From the NCBI GenBank assembly GCA_964016885.1, contig OZ024759.1:20398001-20462000 (forward strand): 64,000 bases of DNA, given 5' to 3'. The notes below the pieces were generated by a model. That model had not been told where the DNA came from. It saw only the letters and a list, made by a program, of their open reading frames with translations, and did no database searches. Below, one piece after another: positions 26,842 through 43,345 of the stretch. A program made the translations under genes and the position numbers. Numbering within the stretch: position 1 is the first letter of the stretch; each line of letters starts with the position of its first letter. This DNA is from Eledone cirrhosa. Lineage: Eukaryota.

Positions 26842-28032
26842 GGTAGTAGTAGTAGTAGTTGTAGTAGTTGTAGTGGCATTAGTAGGAGTAGTAGTAGTAG
26901 TAGTAGTTGTAGTGGCATTAGTAGGAGTAGTAGTAGTAGTTGTAGTGGCATTAGTAGTAGTAGTAGTTGTAGTGGCATTAGTAGTAGTAGTTGTAGTGGC
27001 ATTAGTAGGAGTAGTAGTAGTAGTTGTAGTGGCATTAGTAGGAGTAGTAGTAGTAGTTGTAGTGGCATTAGTAGGAGTAGTAGTAGTTGTAGTGGCATTA
27101 GTAGTAGTAGTTGTAGTGGCATTAGTAGTAGTAGTAGTTGTAGTGGCATTAGTAGTAGTAGTAGTTGTAGTGGCATTAGTAGTAGTAGTTGTAGTGGCAT
27201 TAGTAGTAGTTGTAGTGGCATTAGTAGTAGTAGTTGTAGTGGCATTAGTAGTAGTAGTAGTTGTAGTGGCATTAGTAGTAGTAGTTGTAGTGGCATTAGT
27301 AGTAGTAGTAGTTGTAGTGGCATTAGTAGTAGTAGTTGTAGTGGCATTAGTAGGAGTAGTAGTTGTAGTGGCATTAGTAGGAGTAGTAGTAGTAGTTGTA
27401 GTGGCATTAGTAGGAGTAGTAGTAGTTGTAGTGGCATTAGTAGTAGTAGTAGTTGTAGTGGCATTAGTAGTAGTAGTAGTTGTGGCATTAGTAGTAGTAG
27501 TTGTAGTGGCATTAGTAGTAGTAGTAGTAGTTGTGGCATTAGTAGTAGTAGTTGTAGTGGCATTAGTAGTAGTAGTAGTTGTAGTGGCATTAGTAGTAGT
27601 AGTTGTAGTGGCATTAGTAGTAGTTGTAGTGGCATTAGTAGTAGTAGTAGTTGTAGTGGCATTAGTAGTAGTAGTTGTAGTGGCATTAGTAGTAGTAGTA
27701 GTTGTAGTGGCATTAGTAGTAGTAGTAGTTGTAGTGGCATTAGTAGTAGTAGTAGTTGTAGTGGCATTAGTAGTAGTAGTAGTTGTAGTGGCATTAGTAG
27801 TAGTAGTAGTTGTAGTGGCATTAGTAGTAGTAGCAGTTGTAGTGGCATTAGTAGTAGTAGTTGTAGTGGCATTAGTAGTAGTAGTAGTTGTAGTGGCATT
27901 AGTTGTAGTAGCAGTTATGGTATTGGTGGCAATTGTAGTAATAGTGTTGGTAGTAGTGGTGGTGATAGTAGTAGTGTTGGTAGTAGTGGTGGTGGTGACA
28001 GTAGTAGTAGTAGTAGTAGTGGTGGTGGTGAC

Positions 28033-28068
<36 letters not shown>

Positions 28069-28071
28069 GAC

Positions 28072-28107
<36 letters not shown>

Positions 28108-28492
28108 GACAACAGTAGTAGTGTTGGTAGTAGTGGTGGTGACAGTAGTAATGGTGGTAGTAGTGTGGATAGTAGTTGTATTAGTAGTGGTGGTAGTAGT
28201 AGTAGATGTATTAGTAGTGGTGGTGAAAGAAGTGGTAGTGGTGGTAGTGGTGGTGGTAGTAGTAGTAGATGTATTAGTGGTGGTGGTGAAAGAAGTGGTA
28301 GTGGTGGTAGTGGTGGTGGTAGTAGTAGTAGATGTATTAGTGGTGGTGGTAGTAGTAGTAGATGTATTAGTCGTGGTGGTAGTGGCAGTAGTAGTACTAC
28401 TAGTGGTGGTGGTGGTGGTAGTGGCAGTAGTAGTACTGGTGGTGGTGGTGGTGGTAGTGGCAGTAGTAGTACTGGTGGTGGCGGTGGTGGTG
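26842..28492. repeat. (GTA)n-gttgtagtggcatta minisatellite grading into (GTA/GTG)n
   Basis: ~40 units of 21-33 bp up to ~27915. Confidence 0.95.
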
Positions 28493-29066
28493 AGAAGAGA
28501 TGTCTAAGTTTAACACATTAAAGCCTCCTCGTTATCTCATTCATAAAAAAGTTTCCATAATAGTGATAATAGCTTCTTTATTATTTTTGATAATAGCAAT
28601 AATCTGCAAAGGTTCAGTGAAGCAATGACTAAGTGATGTGAGGGGGGGGGGGTGTATGTGTGAGGGAGTGGGTCCCCCGTGTGTCGGGGGAGTGTGTGTG
28701 TGTGTGTGTGAGCCACACATATCCAGTGATCCATGTAAGTGGGTGGGGGGGGGGGAATGAGAACAGGAGATGCAAAGAATTGTGTGTGTGTGTGTGTGTG
28801 TGTATATATTCATCATCATCATTGTTTTTATGTTTCCTTTTTTCATGCTTATATGTATATGTTTGTGTGTTTGTATCTATCTATCTATATGTATGTATGT
28901 ATGTATGTGTGTGTGTGTGTGTTTGTATATATATATATTAAAATATATATATATATATTTAATAAGTAATATAATTAAATAGCTCTGTACAATATATAGA
29001 GCACTCTTCTTTCTTTTTTTTCTACGGAAATACTTAACATATATATATTTATACACACATATACAC

Positions 29067-29130
<64 letters not shown>

Positions 29131-29523
29131 GTGTATATTCATGTTTATATATACATGTATATATTCATATTTTTTATTTTTTTAGACCTCTTTTTAAGGT
29201 TAAATTTAATTTATTACACAGATACTACTTTTGAAAATAATACTACTTGAAATTCAAGCTAGAATCCAAAGTACCGTATCAGTAGCAGAAGCTCAACTGA
29301 TCTCTAAATTACTAAAAACAAAAACACAATGAATTACAGTAATATTACTGATTCTATCTATCAAAACACATCCTAGTAAATAACAAAATCCATAAACAAG
29401 ACTTCGTAGCTCTTATAAATATTTACACTTGCTCTTTTACTCCTATCAATCAAACTTTCAGCATATGTTTAGGTAAAGTTTTAGTTTCAGACATGTATTT
29501 GCAATAATTTTTACTTGCCTTAA

Positions 29524-29743
29524 CTCTTTAGTATTTACATTTCTCTATATATACTATTGCATTTTTCTGGTAAAGGATTTATCTCACAAAATTATCTCAC
29601 ATAATATCGAATCTATGAGATCTTTATATTATTTATTTTGAGAACAAACCTTAATATCGGTATGAGGGGCCAGTTACAGCCAGTTTGAATAGAAAAAGCT
29701 GAGAGAATGCTGGTCAGATATGGACGGTTTAAATGTTAAAGGG
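29524..29743. mobile_element. piggyBac-type MITE copy
   Basis: TTAA-ctctttagtattta...taaatgttaaaggg-TTAA, 220 bp, with internal sequence matching the 53547 copy. Confidence 0.8.
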
Positions 29744-30129
29744 TTAAACTTGCCTTAAATTCATGACTATTTTGTAACAGTGTTATTTCTATGTACAGGA
29801 TGATACTTTGATCCACAAATCTTGACCCATTATCCATGAAATACTAGGGTCAATATGAGGTCTATAGAAAATTACTGATTTTTTTTGGTCAAGAATAGGG
29901 TGTCAACTTTTACATGAGATTGGCTTTCACTTGATTATATACAGCATATATTATTTTATATCCTTTATGTTCATACATGTAACAGAAGTGCTACCTAAGG
30001 TTTCACAACCCATTTTTGTGATATAGTCATCTAGTGCTTGGACGATTTTGAAGATCATTGGAGAAGAGTCTTCAGATATGTCTTTCATAGGGTCCTGCCA
30101 GAAGCAACTGCCTCCAAATTATCCAGCTA

Positions 30130-30395
30130 GATCTCCAAGTTAGACCAACTGATCACATTGATGTTATCTTGCTCATGGTCTACCCCTGGACCTCCTGCCA
30201 GTTGGCTTTTCCCATAAAACATGTCCAGCAATTCTTTTCTTAGACATTCTAACCATAATATCAGAGCTGTGATCTTGATTCAGAGACATATCAAATCTAC
30301 CTGGAGTGACTCCCTCATCCCCAAGCTATGCCCCCTCTTGAGTAACATTGCTCCAAAGACACTTTCGAGGAACTACATTCCAGCCACATGGCTTT
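30130..30395 (-). pseudogene. RTE-clade LINE ORF remnant, frameshifted
   Basis: Minus-strand pieces read ...MRESLQV...SQL*YYG..RMSKKRIAGHVLWEKPTGRRSRGRP, the post-RT region of RTE elements. Confidence 0.65.
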
Positions 30396-30635
30396 CTACA
30401 AACTGTGGAATACACAAACATTTTTAGAAATAGATGAAACATATATACATTGTCTGTAAAACTTTAGTCAAACATTTTATTACATCATATTGTATAAGAA
30501 AAGATACAATTTAAGTCCACTGTATTGTGTGGTTATTTTTATAATGTCCAGCGATTCTTTCCTGAGACATTCTAGCCACATGGCACCAGAGACGTCACAA
30601 CTCATTTCTACAGTCGATACATTCAAATTAAAAGA

Positions 30636-30714
<79 letters not shown>

Positions 30715-30745
30715 CCATATATTATTACAGAAACACATAGTATTT

Positions 30746-30779
<34 letters not shown>

Positions 30780-30785
<6 letters not shown>

Positions 30786-31038
30786 CCATAATATTGTATA
30801 AGAAAAGATACAATTTAAGTCAAAAGGTCCCTAATATTGTATAAGAAAAGATACAATTTAAGTCAAAAGGTCTCTAATATTGTATAAGAAGAGATACAAT
30901 TTAAGCCAAAACGTCCCTTGTATAAGAAAAGGTATGGTCAAAGTCAAAGGGTCCGTGATGTTGTATAAGAAAAGGCATGATCGAAGTCAAAGGGTCCGTA
31001 ATGTTGTATAAGAAAAGGCCTGATTAAAATCAAAAGGT
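30780..31038. repeat. ~43-bp tandem repeat (ttgtataagaaaag...aaaaggtc)
   Basis: Six diverging units plus one detached unit at ~30488-30518. Confidence 0.85.
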
Positions 31039-31990
31039 ACTTGGTTCCTGACTTCTGTTGGCTGTTTTCTCAGGAACAGGTCTGAAAAAGTCGTGGAAAC
31101 CTTTAGTTATGGTGTATATCTCACACCTCCAAAACAATAAAGGAATAAAGTGAAAAAAATGTGCGGGGCTACTTAATTTAATGTTGTCAAATATTATTTA
31201 TAGTGATCAACTATTAGTCTAGTCCCTTACATTTGGATGACTACATTTGAAATGTATGTTTCTTTGTGTGTGTGTCTCATGTTTGTGTATGTTTTTTGTA
31301 TGTTTGTGAGTGTTTCTCTCTGTATGTTCATGTGTATGTGTTTCTCTGTGTATGTGTGTTTCCATATGAGTGTATGTGTTTCCATATGAGTGTGTGTGTT
31401 TCCGTATGAGTGTGTGTGTGTTTCCATATGAGTGTGTGTGTGGAAGGTAAAGGCTTCTGATTTTCTGGACAAAAAGGAAAAAAAAGCTGTGTATTTTGGT
31501 AAAGAATATATATATATATATATAACTTTGGTGTACAGTTAATTACTGACCTCAAAGTGTAGCTTCTGGGAGAGAAAATTGCTGGAACAGACATTTTTGT
31601 AAAAATAGACATGAGAGAGAGAGAGAGAGAAACGGAAGTTTCCCCAAGCGGAAATTCATTGATGAACATTTATTTTTAACAGAAATAATATATAACACTC
31701 ACACATATACATGCATACACATATGCATGGATGCACAGACACATACTGTGTGTGCTATATATATTTATTTATTTGACTATGTATAAATATTGGTATATGA
31801 GTATGTATGTATATATATATATATGTGTGTGTGTATATATATATATATATGTGTGTGTGTATATATATATATATATAAAGGTGATATTTGTACATATTTG
31901 TGCTCGAGGCATTTGCAGAACACACATGTATACAATACATTGTAATTACTACTAATGGATAAACATATACTCACACACATGAATATATAA

Positions 31991-32027
<37 letters not shown>

Positions 32028-32086
32028 CACACACACACTCACACACATGCTCATTTATATATATATATGCGCACATACACACATAC

Positions 32087-32117
<31 letters not shown>

Positions 32118-32399
32118 TACTCATTTATATATATGCACACACACACGCACACACACACATATATATACACACTCACACATACTCATTTATATATATATAT
32201 GCACACACACACATATATATATATATACACACACTCACACGCATACTCATTTATATATATATATATGCACACACACACACACACACATATATATACACAC
32301 ACTCACACACATACTCATTTATATATATATATATATGCACACACACACACACACACATATGTATGCATGCACACACACATATATATATATATGCATGTG

Positions 32400-32440
<41 letters not shown>

Positions 32441-32455
32441 TCACACACATACTCA

Positions 32456-32489
<34 letters not shown>

Positions 32490-35271
32490 CACACACACAT
32501 ATGTATGCATGCACACACACACACACATATATATGCATGTGCACACATGCACATGGGGTATTAAAACAGATATGCTACTAAAGTTTTCATTTATTTATTA
32601 ATTCATTTATTATTATTATTATTATTATCTTATTTACATATTTATTTTATTTATTTATCTATTCCATGCAAATAAATCAACATTTACGAGTTTCAACAAA
32701 CATTTTATTTATTTATTCATTGAAATTTATTTAAATTCAATTTTGAGAAATCTAGTAATAATAATAATGATAATAATAATAGTAATATTAATAATAATAA
32801 CGATAACTATTGTATTTTTTCCCCTTTGCTGTTTGTAAAAGTGGATTCTATTTTTGAAAGTGTTGTGCGATGAGGTATGAAACTTGTGTTAGATGTTGTT
32901 GTTGATGTTATTGTTGCTTTTAGAGATTGGTCTCTTTTTATAACTGGAACTGGTGTTGTCCATTGGTCTGTGAAAATATAATGGGATGGCGGATGTTCAG
33001 GAGGTATGGGCAACTTTACACAAAAAAAAGGAATTTAGGCTGTGGAGGGTATTTATACAATTGCTGTAAATCAACACTCCCTAGTCTGTGGTCTTTGAAA
33101 TCCCTTAGAGGGTTTTGGGGGAGCAGGTAGTGGTTGATGAGTTGGCAGGAGAGATAACTTCCAGAAATGGATTGGGTCTTAAAAACAGGCCACACTGACT
33201 AATATTGCTTATTGCAAAGGACATATAGTGCAGTTTTTACTGCTGAGGACCAGTGCTATGCTTTTACTACTGAGGGCCAGAGGTGTTTTTACTGCTGAAT
33301 GCCAGTGGTGTTTTTACTGCTGAATGCCAGTGGTGTTTTCACTGTTGTCAGCCAGTGGTGTGCTTTTACTGCTGAGGGCCAGAGGTGTGTTTTTACTTCT
33401 GAACACCAGTGGTGTTTTCACTGTTGAGGGCCAGGTGTGTGTTTTCGCTGCTGAGTTAGGGTAACACTGATTAACTTATTGCTGAGACCCATAGGTGTGT
33501 TTTCAATACTCAGCTATGGCATGGTCCATTTTTGTCTAACTTCCCTTCCAGCCACTTGATATCATTCTCTGCTACCCCTTTTCAATGAGTATTTCTAGGA
33601 TTTGTATTTTTAGATTTTATGCCCCTATCTACTTTACTTGTTAAGGTCTGTGGCCTAGAAGTTAGAATGCTGGACCAAGCTGAGTGTTGTGCTCTTGAGC
33701 AAGATGCTTTATTTCACATTGCTTCCCTTGATAGGACTGGGGACCCCTATCATTAAAACACCCAGGAAAGCCGAAATACAACCTCATGAGGCCAGGAAAA
33801 CCTATATAGGTGTGAATTGCAACAACATACATATATGTATGTTTGACTGGGGGCTCTCCCATTAAAACATTCCCAAAACATCCTACGAAATGCAATCTGC
33901 TTGGAGACCAGCGAAACCCACATAGGTGTCAGCTATAACAACATACAAATATGTGTGTATGATAGGGCTGCACCCCACCCCATCAATAAACACCCAAGAG
34001 ACCTTGTAAAAATGCAATCTGGTAGGAAGCCAGTTAAATCTGCATAGGTGTCTGTTGTAACATACATACGTACATACTTATACACACACACTCACACACA
34101 TACATATGTACATATATATACATATATATGATATATACATACATACACAGACATATATAATATATACATGCACACACACATATATAATATATATACATAC
34201 ATACACACATATATAATATATACATACATACATACACACACATATAATATATATATACATACACACACATATATATGCATACATACACGCATATATAATA
34301 TATACATACACACACGCATATATAATATATACATACGTGTGTACGTGTGTATATATTATATATGCGTGTATGTATGTATATATTATATATGCGTGTATGT
34401 ATATATTACATATATAATATATACATACATATATAATATATACATACATACACGCATATATAATATATACATACATACACGCATATATAATATATACATA
34501 CATGGATATATAATATATACACACATACACACACATAAAAAGTACATACATACACACACATATAATATATACACACACATATAATATATACACACACATA
34601 TATATATACACACATACACACATATATAATATATACATACATACACACATATATAATATATACATACATACACACATATATAATATATACATACATATAC
34701 ACATATATAAAAAGTACATATGTATAGACATCCATATGCAAGTGTATAAGATCAGGGCCTCTCTATCATTAAAACCACCCACAAAATGAAGCATGCCTCA
34801 ACTACGGGGCTCATCAGAGACCTTGCATTTGGCTATCTTTAAGAAACTTCCTGTTGCCCTTTATGTGCTAGATATCAATTTCCTCACTCTTATCATATAT
34901 ATGCACTGCACCACATAGATTGTACCTGAACCTATATTTCACCAAAGGGTTCTTTTAAAGTTACATACGCCCCTTGTGTAGATTAAAGTGTATCTGTGAG
35001 TGCATCTAGGACTTACTCGTACGTCACTGGTAACATGTCTACCCTATGTGGTATAGTCTTGTATGTATGTGGGTAGGTAGGTAGGTAGGTATGTGCAGAG
35101 GGCACACACATTAAATGATGATTATTTACATACATACACACATACGCTCTCACATACATGGTGTGTGTGGGGGTTGGGCGAGGTTAGGTAGGTAGGGAGG
35201 ACACATTAAATCAGGTTGATATATGTATGTATATGCTTTCACATACACATGTACATCCATATACAAACACA

Positions 35272-35331
<60 letters not shown>

Positions 35332-35416
35332 AGTACACACACACACACGCATATATAAAGTAGCTACTATCGCGTCATCACTTGGTGGTATATTTGTATG
35401 TTTGTTTGCGTGTATG

Positions 35417-35455
<39 letters not shown>

Positions 35456-35829
35456 AGAAAACAAACATTAAATGATAATGATATACACACACATAGATAT
35501 CCCCCCCCCCCATATATATATATATATATAAGATGGCAGGGCTGTTAGCTTTTGTGTTATTAGCTATAGTAAGTTAAACTTGATCATGAACCTGCTGTTG
35601 TTATATTTTTAAACCACAGAATTACAGTGTTTATATAAATAGCCTGTTATTAGTGTTTATAAATAGTGTGTTTACAGTGCATTTATAACAGATATATTAA
35701 TCATATGTGTGTTTTCAGTGTAAATAATACGTCTGTGTGTATGTAAATATATATATTTATACATGTTTGTGTGTGTATGTAAATATATATACATGTGTGT
35801 ATGTATGTGTGTGTGTGTGTGCGCGTGTG

Positions 35830-35877
<48 letters not shown>

Positions 35878-36116
35878 GATATATACACACACACACACAC
35901 GCATATATAAATATGTGTATGTATGTGTGTATGTATATATATATGTGTATATATATATATATATACACACAAATATATAAATATATATATATATGAGTAT
36001 ATATATATATGTGTGTATGTATATATATATATATATATACACACAAATATATAAATATATATATATATGAGTATATATATATGTGTGTATGTATATATAT
36101 ATATATATACACACAC

Positions 36117-36173
<57 letters not shown>

Positions 36174-36235
36174 TAAATATATACGTGAGTATATATATAT
36201 GTGTGCATGTGTATATATATATATATATATATGTT

Positions 36236-36320
<85 letters not shown>

Positions 36321-36530
36321 CAGGAAGTTTGTAGGAGGAAAGGGATATTTAGACATATTAATACCTCTTTATATACACACACTCACAAACTTTTACATAT
36401 GTATTATATATATTAGACATTGGACAATTGTCTATATATATGTTTGTATGTGTGTGTATGTATATATATATAGTATATATATATATATTTACACACACAC
36501 ACACATCTATATATACATCATTTACTGTCC

Positions 36531-36588
<58 letters not shown>

Positions 36589-36762
36589 TGTATATATACA
36601 TACACACAATATATGTATATATATATGATCATCATTGAACATCCATTTTCAATGCTTTATATATAAATATATAAATATATAAATATATATAGGTGGGTGT
36701 AAATGCACTCACACAAACATATTTATAATGATACATCTATATATGTCTGTGTGTGTGGGGGT

Positions 36763-36801
<39 letters not shown>

Positions 36802-37206
36802 CACACATATATATATATATATAATTATGTATGTCTTAGCGCTCTTTACCATCTGTTCAAAGGCAATGCAATCAGCAATACCCCCACAAAACCACCTCCA
36901 CTTCTTACATATACACAGTTTTGTCTCTTCTTTGTCTCCTCCTCCTCCCTCCACCCTCTCTCTCATACCTTTGTGCCCTCCCCCATCTCATAACCACTTA
37001 TATGTTCTTCTCCACCAATCGACAACCATCGTTTAGTGTAGAATTGGCAGCCATGTTGCTACCATTGCCATACCATACTACGTGATACCATCTTGTCTCT
37101 CCTACAACATTCTCATCTCTCCATACCATTCCATTCCACACCAAAGTTCTTCCTGCTCAAATATACATAGATATGCGTGCATGTGTGTGTGTGTATATAT
37201 ATATTA

Positions 37207-37242
<36 letters not shown>

Positions 37243-37363
37243 TTGTGTGTGTGTGGAGAGATGTGCTGAAAAGGACCAATCCAACCCATGCATGGAAAAA
37301 TAGATTTTAAAAAAAACGAAGATATGTGTGTGTGCAATTTACGTTTGAATAAATATGTATGTA

Positions 37364-37414
<51 letters not shown>

Positions 37415-38547
37415 TTATATTCATACATATACATATTCATATTTATATGTATACACACACACACACACACAAATATAAATCCACTGCCCACACATATATA
37501 TTCATATATATAAGTGTGTGTATGTGTATATGTGTGTATATATATATATGTGTATATATATATATATGTGTGTATATGTATATATATATCACACATAATA
37601 CCATTTCCTCTCATCATTCCTCAGTAAAATTCTGTCAGTTTCTAACCTGATTTATGAATCAACTCTGCATTTTAGCCTTTCTGGCTTGGTTTTTTATATA
37701 TATATATATATTTTTTTGTGAGATGGGTTGGGGGTGATGTCTTTAGTTTCCCTTTCTCTTCCTCAATTTATCACATTATGGTTCTTCTTCTTCCTCTTCT
37801 TTCTTTTCTTCTCTTCGTCTTCGTCTTTGTCGGCATTTTCTCTTTCTTCTATTTCTCTTTCGTCTTCATCTTCTCATTCTCCTCCTCTGCAATAAAGATA
37901 AGTATAACACAATGGTTTGTTATATATAGTGTTGAGTTAACCATTAACCGATATAAGTCCATGTTTAGAGTGTCAAGGAACGAGAAGGGTCATCATTTTC
38001 AAATAAAATGTATTTGTCTTTCCTCTAAGAAATATATTTTGCAGACCTTATATATGAGAGGACACCATAATATTTTAAGTGATTAAGGCTTCTAAAGTGT
38101 GAAAACGCATGGCTTACTGGTTAGAGAAGAGAATTGGATTCACAAGCTTGAGGTTTGATTCCCAGGCCAGGAAATGCGTTATGTCCTTGAGCAAAACACT
38201 TTATTTCACGTTTTTTTCTGCCAGAAGTTGTGACCAGTAGAGAGTATCGGCAATGGAAAGACTAATGGAAACATTGTTTGCTTGGTCTGATTTGATGAGT
38301 TTCATCCCACTCTGTAAGCAAATGACGTCTGGGGCTCTTGTCAATTGTTAAAAAAAAAAGCTTCTAATCCAGCTTTGATCTTATATCACTTAAAATAAAT
38401 ATTGTTTGATTAACAGAGCAGCTTGTTTGTGAAGTTAACATGAAAGTGGCTGAGTGTTCTATAGATATGTAACCCTAAATATCACTCACAACTTTTTTTC
38501 TGCCTCTAAGGGTCTTAGCCCTATTTTATAAGCTATTTTGTATTGAC

Positions 38548-38695
38548 AGAGTCATTAGAACATCGGATAGAATGCTTTATGGTATTCATTCTGGTTATCT
38601 GCTCTCTGAGTTCAAATCTCGCTGAGGTCAACTTTGTCTTTCATCCATACAAGATGGATAAAAAAAAAGTACCAGTCAAGTACTGGGGTTGATTA
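38548..38695 (+). mobile_element. SINE copy
   Basis: ctgagttcaaatctcgctgaggtcaactttgtctttcatcc...agtaccagt. Confidence 0.65.
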
Positions 38696-39407
38696 TTCCA
38701 CTATATTTCTTTCTCACTTCCTCTCTCTAACTTTCTATCCTTCTATGGAAGAAATAGGCTGCAGCCAGGCCTGGAGAAGGCTTGGCTCTGCCAGGCTTAA
38801 CATATCCAAGAAATGCTGTATGTCACTATGGCACCCCTATGACTACATAAGGAATTAGGTGTTATACCATAAGCTATTTCATAGCAACTGGATGTACTTA
38901 TTTTCTATGCTTAAGCATCCTACATTTTCTATATACTTTATTCTCTAAGTTCATAAGTTCGAGCTTCACATATGATGCTTGTTTATAATTTAATATATTT
39001 TCCAAATGTTCATTCTGATTTAGTCAGAGATATCCAAGAACTAGGTGGAATATAATCCATGAATGCATGTACTTTGGAGGAGCTGAAACTGATAAAGAAA
39101 TATTTTAACAAAAATGAAGTCAATACAAGAAACACGATACAGCCTGTTCCAGTTAGAAGTTGTTGTTTTAATTTAATAAATTGAAAATATTGAACTGAAC
39201 AGCTTAGATAGGATTAGATAGAAAATATCTAAATATATATTTCTGATCTATAATCTCTAAACTGATAATAGAATTGAATATATATATATATATATATTGA
39301 GTTGAGTTTGGGATATAGTGGACCTCTGGCAGTTTTCTATGACAAGTGCTCCAGCTGGTTCGAATTATAGAATTGCTTGTTTATAATGTTAATATAATAT
39401 AATGTTA

Positions 39408-39525
39408 ATTGTTTCTACTTTTGGCACAAGGACAGCAATTATCCCAGTACATTACTGATACTTTATTTTATCAACCCCATAAGGATGAAAGACAAAGTTT
39501 AACCCCGGTGGGATTTGAACTCAGA
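39408..39525 (-). mobile_element. SINE copy, 5'-truncated
   Basis: Reverse complement of the SINE central and 3' parts. Further minus-strand copies lie at ~11325-11430, 21557-21646, 39898-40048 and 50465-50582. Confidence 0.7.
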
Positions 39526-39557
39526 TGGTAATATGGTTAATATAATATAATGTTAAT

Positions 39558-39783
39558 ATCATCATGCAAGGCACTGTTGAAGGTGGACTTAGGAGGGGAA
39601 GCCAACACAAAAACTGGTTGGACAATGTCAAAGAATGGATGCAAATGAAGACACCAGATTTGTTGACAGCCGCCGCTGATAGACGAGTGCTCCAGCTGGT
39701 TCGAGTATTTTGAGTGTGTGCTACTTCTGCAGTAGGATGTCCCCAATAACTACAGAAGTCAAGGGACTGATGATGATGATGAT
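39558..39783 (+). pseudogene. RTE-clade LINE 3' remnant
   Basis: Translates IIMQGTVEGGLRRGSQHKNWLDNVKEWMQMKTPDLLTAAADRR, the RTE C-terminal G.VEG.R.RG...W.D.V motif, and ends in a (TGA)n tail. Confidence 0.75.
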
Positions 39784-40627
39784 ATTGGATGTTAATATGC
39801 AAGTGGCTGAGTATTCCACAGACACACACGTACCTTTAACATAATTCTCTGAAAGATTCAACATTACAATGTGATAAGAGATATAGAGGAAGAATCGATA
39901 CCAGTACCTAACTGATAACTTTTTTAATCAACCTCAAAAGGATGTATAGCAAAGTTAACCTCGGTGGGATTTGAACTCAGAACACAGAGATGGAACAAAT
40001 AATGCAAAGCCTTCTATCAATGTTCTAATGACTCTGACAATTCTCCTCCCAAATTCTTGATTATTTAAAAAATTAACTGAAATAGAGCAACACCATTCAT
40101 TAGAAATATGGTAACTAAATGGTTAATAATGAAAGTTATATTACCAAGTCCTTTCAAATTCTTGACTATTTTCAAAATTAACTGAAATGCAACAGCATCA
40201 TTCATTAGAAATCTAGTAACAAACGAATTAATAACAAAGTTCTATGACTAAACTTCCAAATTCTTAACTGTTTTCATAATTAATTGAATTGAAACAGCAT
40301 CATTCATTAGAAATATGGTAATGAAAGTTACATTACCAAATCCTTCCAAACTCTTGATTATTTTCAAAATTGACTGAAATACATAGGCAGTGTCTTCCAT
40401 TAGACATAGAATAACGAACGCGTTAATTATGAGAAAGTTAGTTTTGAAAATAATCGAGAATTTGGAAGGATTTAATATTATAACTATCTGAAACAACAGT
40501 GTCTTCTATTAGAAATATGGTAATGAAATGGCTAATGTCAAGTATCTTCGTGGACATTCTTAAATTGAAGACAAACCAAAGAAAATAATAACAATTCCAT
40601 TATTGTTGAAACCTTCAAAGTGTATCT

Positions 40628-43345
40628 ATCACACACACACACATACTCTCATATATACATTTACACATGGACACACACACATGCACTCTCTCACATGCAC
40701 ATATACACATGCACACTCTCACATATACATTCACACATGGACGCACACACACATGCATTCTCTCACATGCACATAGACACATGCACACTCTCACATATAC
40801 ATTCACACATGGACACACACACATGCACTCTCTCACATGCACATATACACATGCACACTCTCACATATACATTCACACATGGACACACACACACATGCAC
40901 TCTCTCACATGCACATAGACACATGCACACTCTCACATATACATTCACACATGGACACACACACATGCACTCTCTCACATATACATTCACACATGGGACA
41001 CACACACATGCACACTCACATAAACATTCACACATGCACACTCTCACATATACATTCACACATGCACACTCTCACATATACATTCACACATGGACACACA
41101 AATATGCACACTCTCACATATACATTCACACATGGACACACACACATGCACACTCTCACATATACATTCACACATGCACACTCTCACATACATTCACACA
41201 TAGAAACACACGACACATGCACATGGACACACACACATATGCACACACAAACATGCACACACAAATATGCACACTCTCACATATACATTCACACATGCAC
41301 ACACAAACATGCACACTCTCACATGGACACTCACACACATGGACACACAAACATGCACACTCTCACATATACATTCACACATGCACACACAAACATGCAC
41401 ACTCGCACATATACATTCACACATGGACATACACACACGCACATGTGTACCCACTCTCTCTCTCTATCTCACACATACAAGGACATTCACATATATTCAC
41501 ACACAAACATACACATTTACATTGTAAACACTCAAACACACATGTATTATACACGCATTCATACAAGCACTCACATTCACACTCTTACACACAAATACAC
41601 ACACATCCACTCACACACAGAAACACACTCTCACTCTCATACACATACACATTTGCACGCACACAGGCACACACACACATTTCCGCACACAAGCACACAC
41701 ACACATTTCCGCACACAAGCACACACACATTTACGCACACAAGCACACACACATTTACACACACAAGCACACACACACATTTACGCACACAAGCACACAC
41801 ATTTACGCACACAAGCACATACACATTTACACACACAAGCACACACACAGGCACACACACACATTTCCGCACACAAGCACACACACACATTTCCGCACAC
41901 AAGCACACACACATTTACACACACAAGCACACACACATTTACACACACAAGCACACACACATTTACGCACACAAGCACACACATTTACGCACACAAGCAC
42001 ATACACATTTACACACACAAGCACACACACACAGGCACACACACACATTTCCGCACACAAGCACACACACATTTACACACACAAGCACACACACATTTAC
42101 ACACACAAGCACACACACATTTACACACACAAGCACACACACATTTACGCACACAAGCACACACATTTACGCACACAAGCACATACACATTTACACACAC
42201 AAGCACACACACACAGGCACACACACACATTTCCGCACACAAGCACACACACATTTACACACACAAGCACACACACACATTTACACACACAAGCACACAC
42301 ACACATTTACGCACACAAGCACACACACATTTACGCACACAAGCACACACATTTACGCACACAAGCACATACACATTTACACACACAAGCACACACACAG
42401 GCACACACACACATTTCCGCACACAAGCACACACACATTTACGCACACAAGCACACACACATTTACGCACACAAGCACACACACATTTACACACACAAGC
42501 ACACACACATTTTCGCACACAAGCACACACATTTACGCACACAAGCACATACACATTTACACACACAAGCACACACACATTTACACACACAAGCACACAC
42601 ACATTTACACACACAAGCACACACACACATTTACGCACACAAGCACACACACATTTACGCACACAAGCACACACACATTTACGCACACAAGCACACACAC
42701 ATTTACGCACACAAGCACACACATTTACGCACACAAGCACATACACATTTACACACACAAGCACACACACATTTACGCACATTCACACACAGATATTTAC
42801 ACACTCCATACCCCCCCCCCAGCCCCCCTCCCCCGCACACAGCCATTCAGCCCACTCAGTGCTGACTTTGGAAGGCAGCTAATGGTGAGGAAGCCTTCTT
42901 TGATTAGAAAACATCACTGAAAGGTCAAATTCTCTCTCAGACCAATTTTCTTGCCAGGACACACACATACACACAGGCACACACACACACACACACACAG
43001 GCACATGTGCACTGACACATACATACACACAGGCACACATACATACAGAGGCATGGATATCCACATACAGGCATATACATAGGCACACACACAGGCATAC
43101 ACACACACACACACAGTCACACAGGCTTATATGTACATACAGAGGCACGGATATCCACATACAGGCATATACATAGGCACACACACAGGCATACACACAC
43201 ACACACACACAGTCACACAGGCTTATATGTACATACAGAGGCATGGATATCCACATACAGGCATATACATAGGCACACACACAGGCATACACACACACAC
43301 ACAGTCACACAGGCTTATATGTAGATACAGAGGCACGGATATCCA
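40628..43345. repeat. CA-rich minisatellite complex
   Basis: Three successive arrays: 40628-41440 (cacatgcacactctcacatatacattca), 41660-42785 (~22-bp cacacaagcacacacacattta) and 43040-43345 (~90-bp units). Confidence 0.9.

Noticed and set aside
32842-32880. Possible 33-nt micro-exon (pyrimidine tract, aag|...gag|gtatga)
   Set aside because: Splice-like signals this short are common by chance, and there is no recognisable peptide or partner exon.
34791-34820. Minus-strand CUGAUGA-gccc...gaggc hammerhead start
   Set aside because: The GAAA half of the core is missing, so at best this is a fragment.
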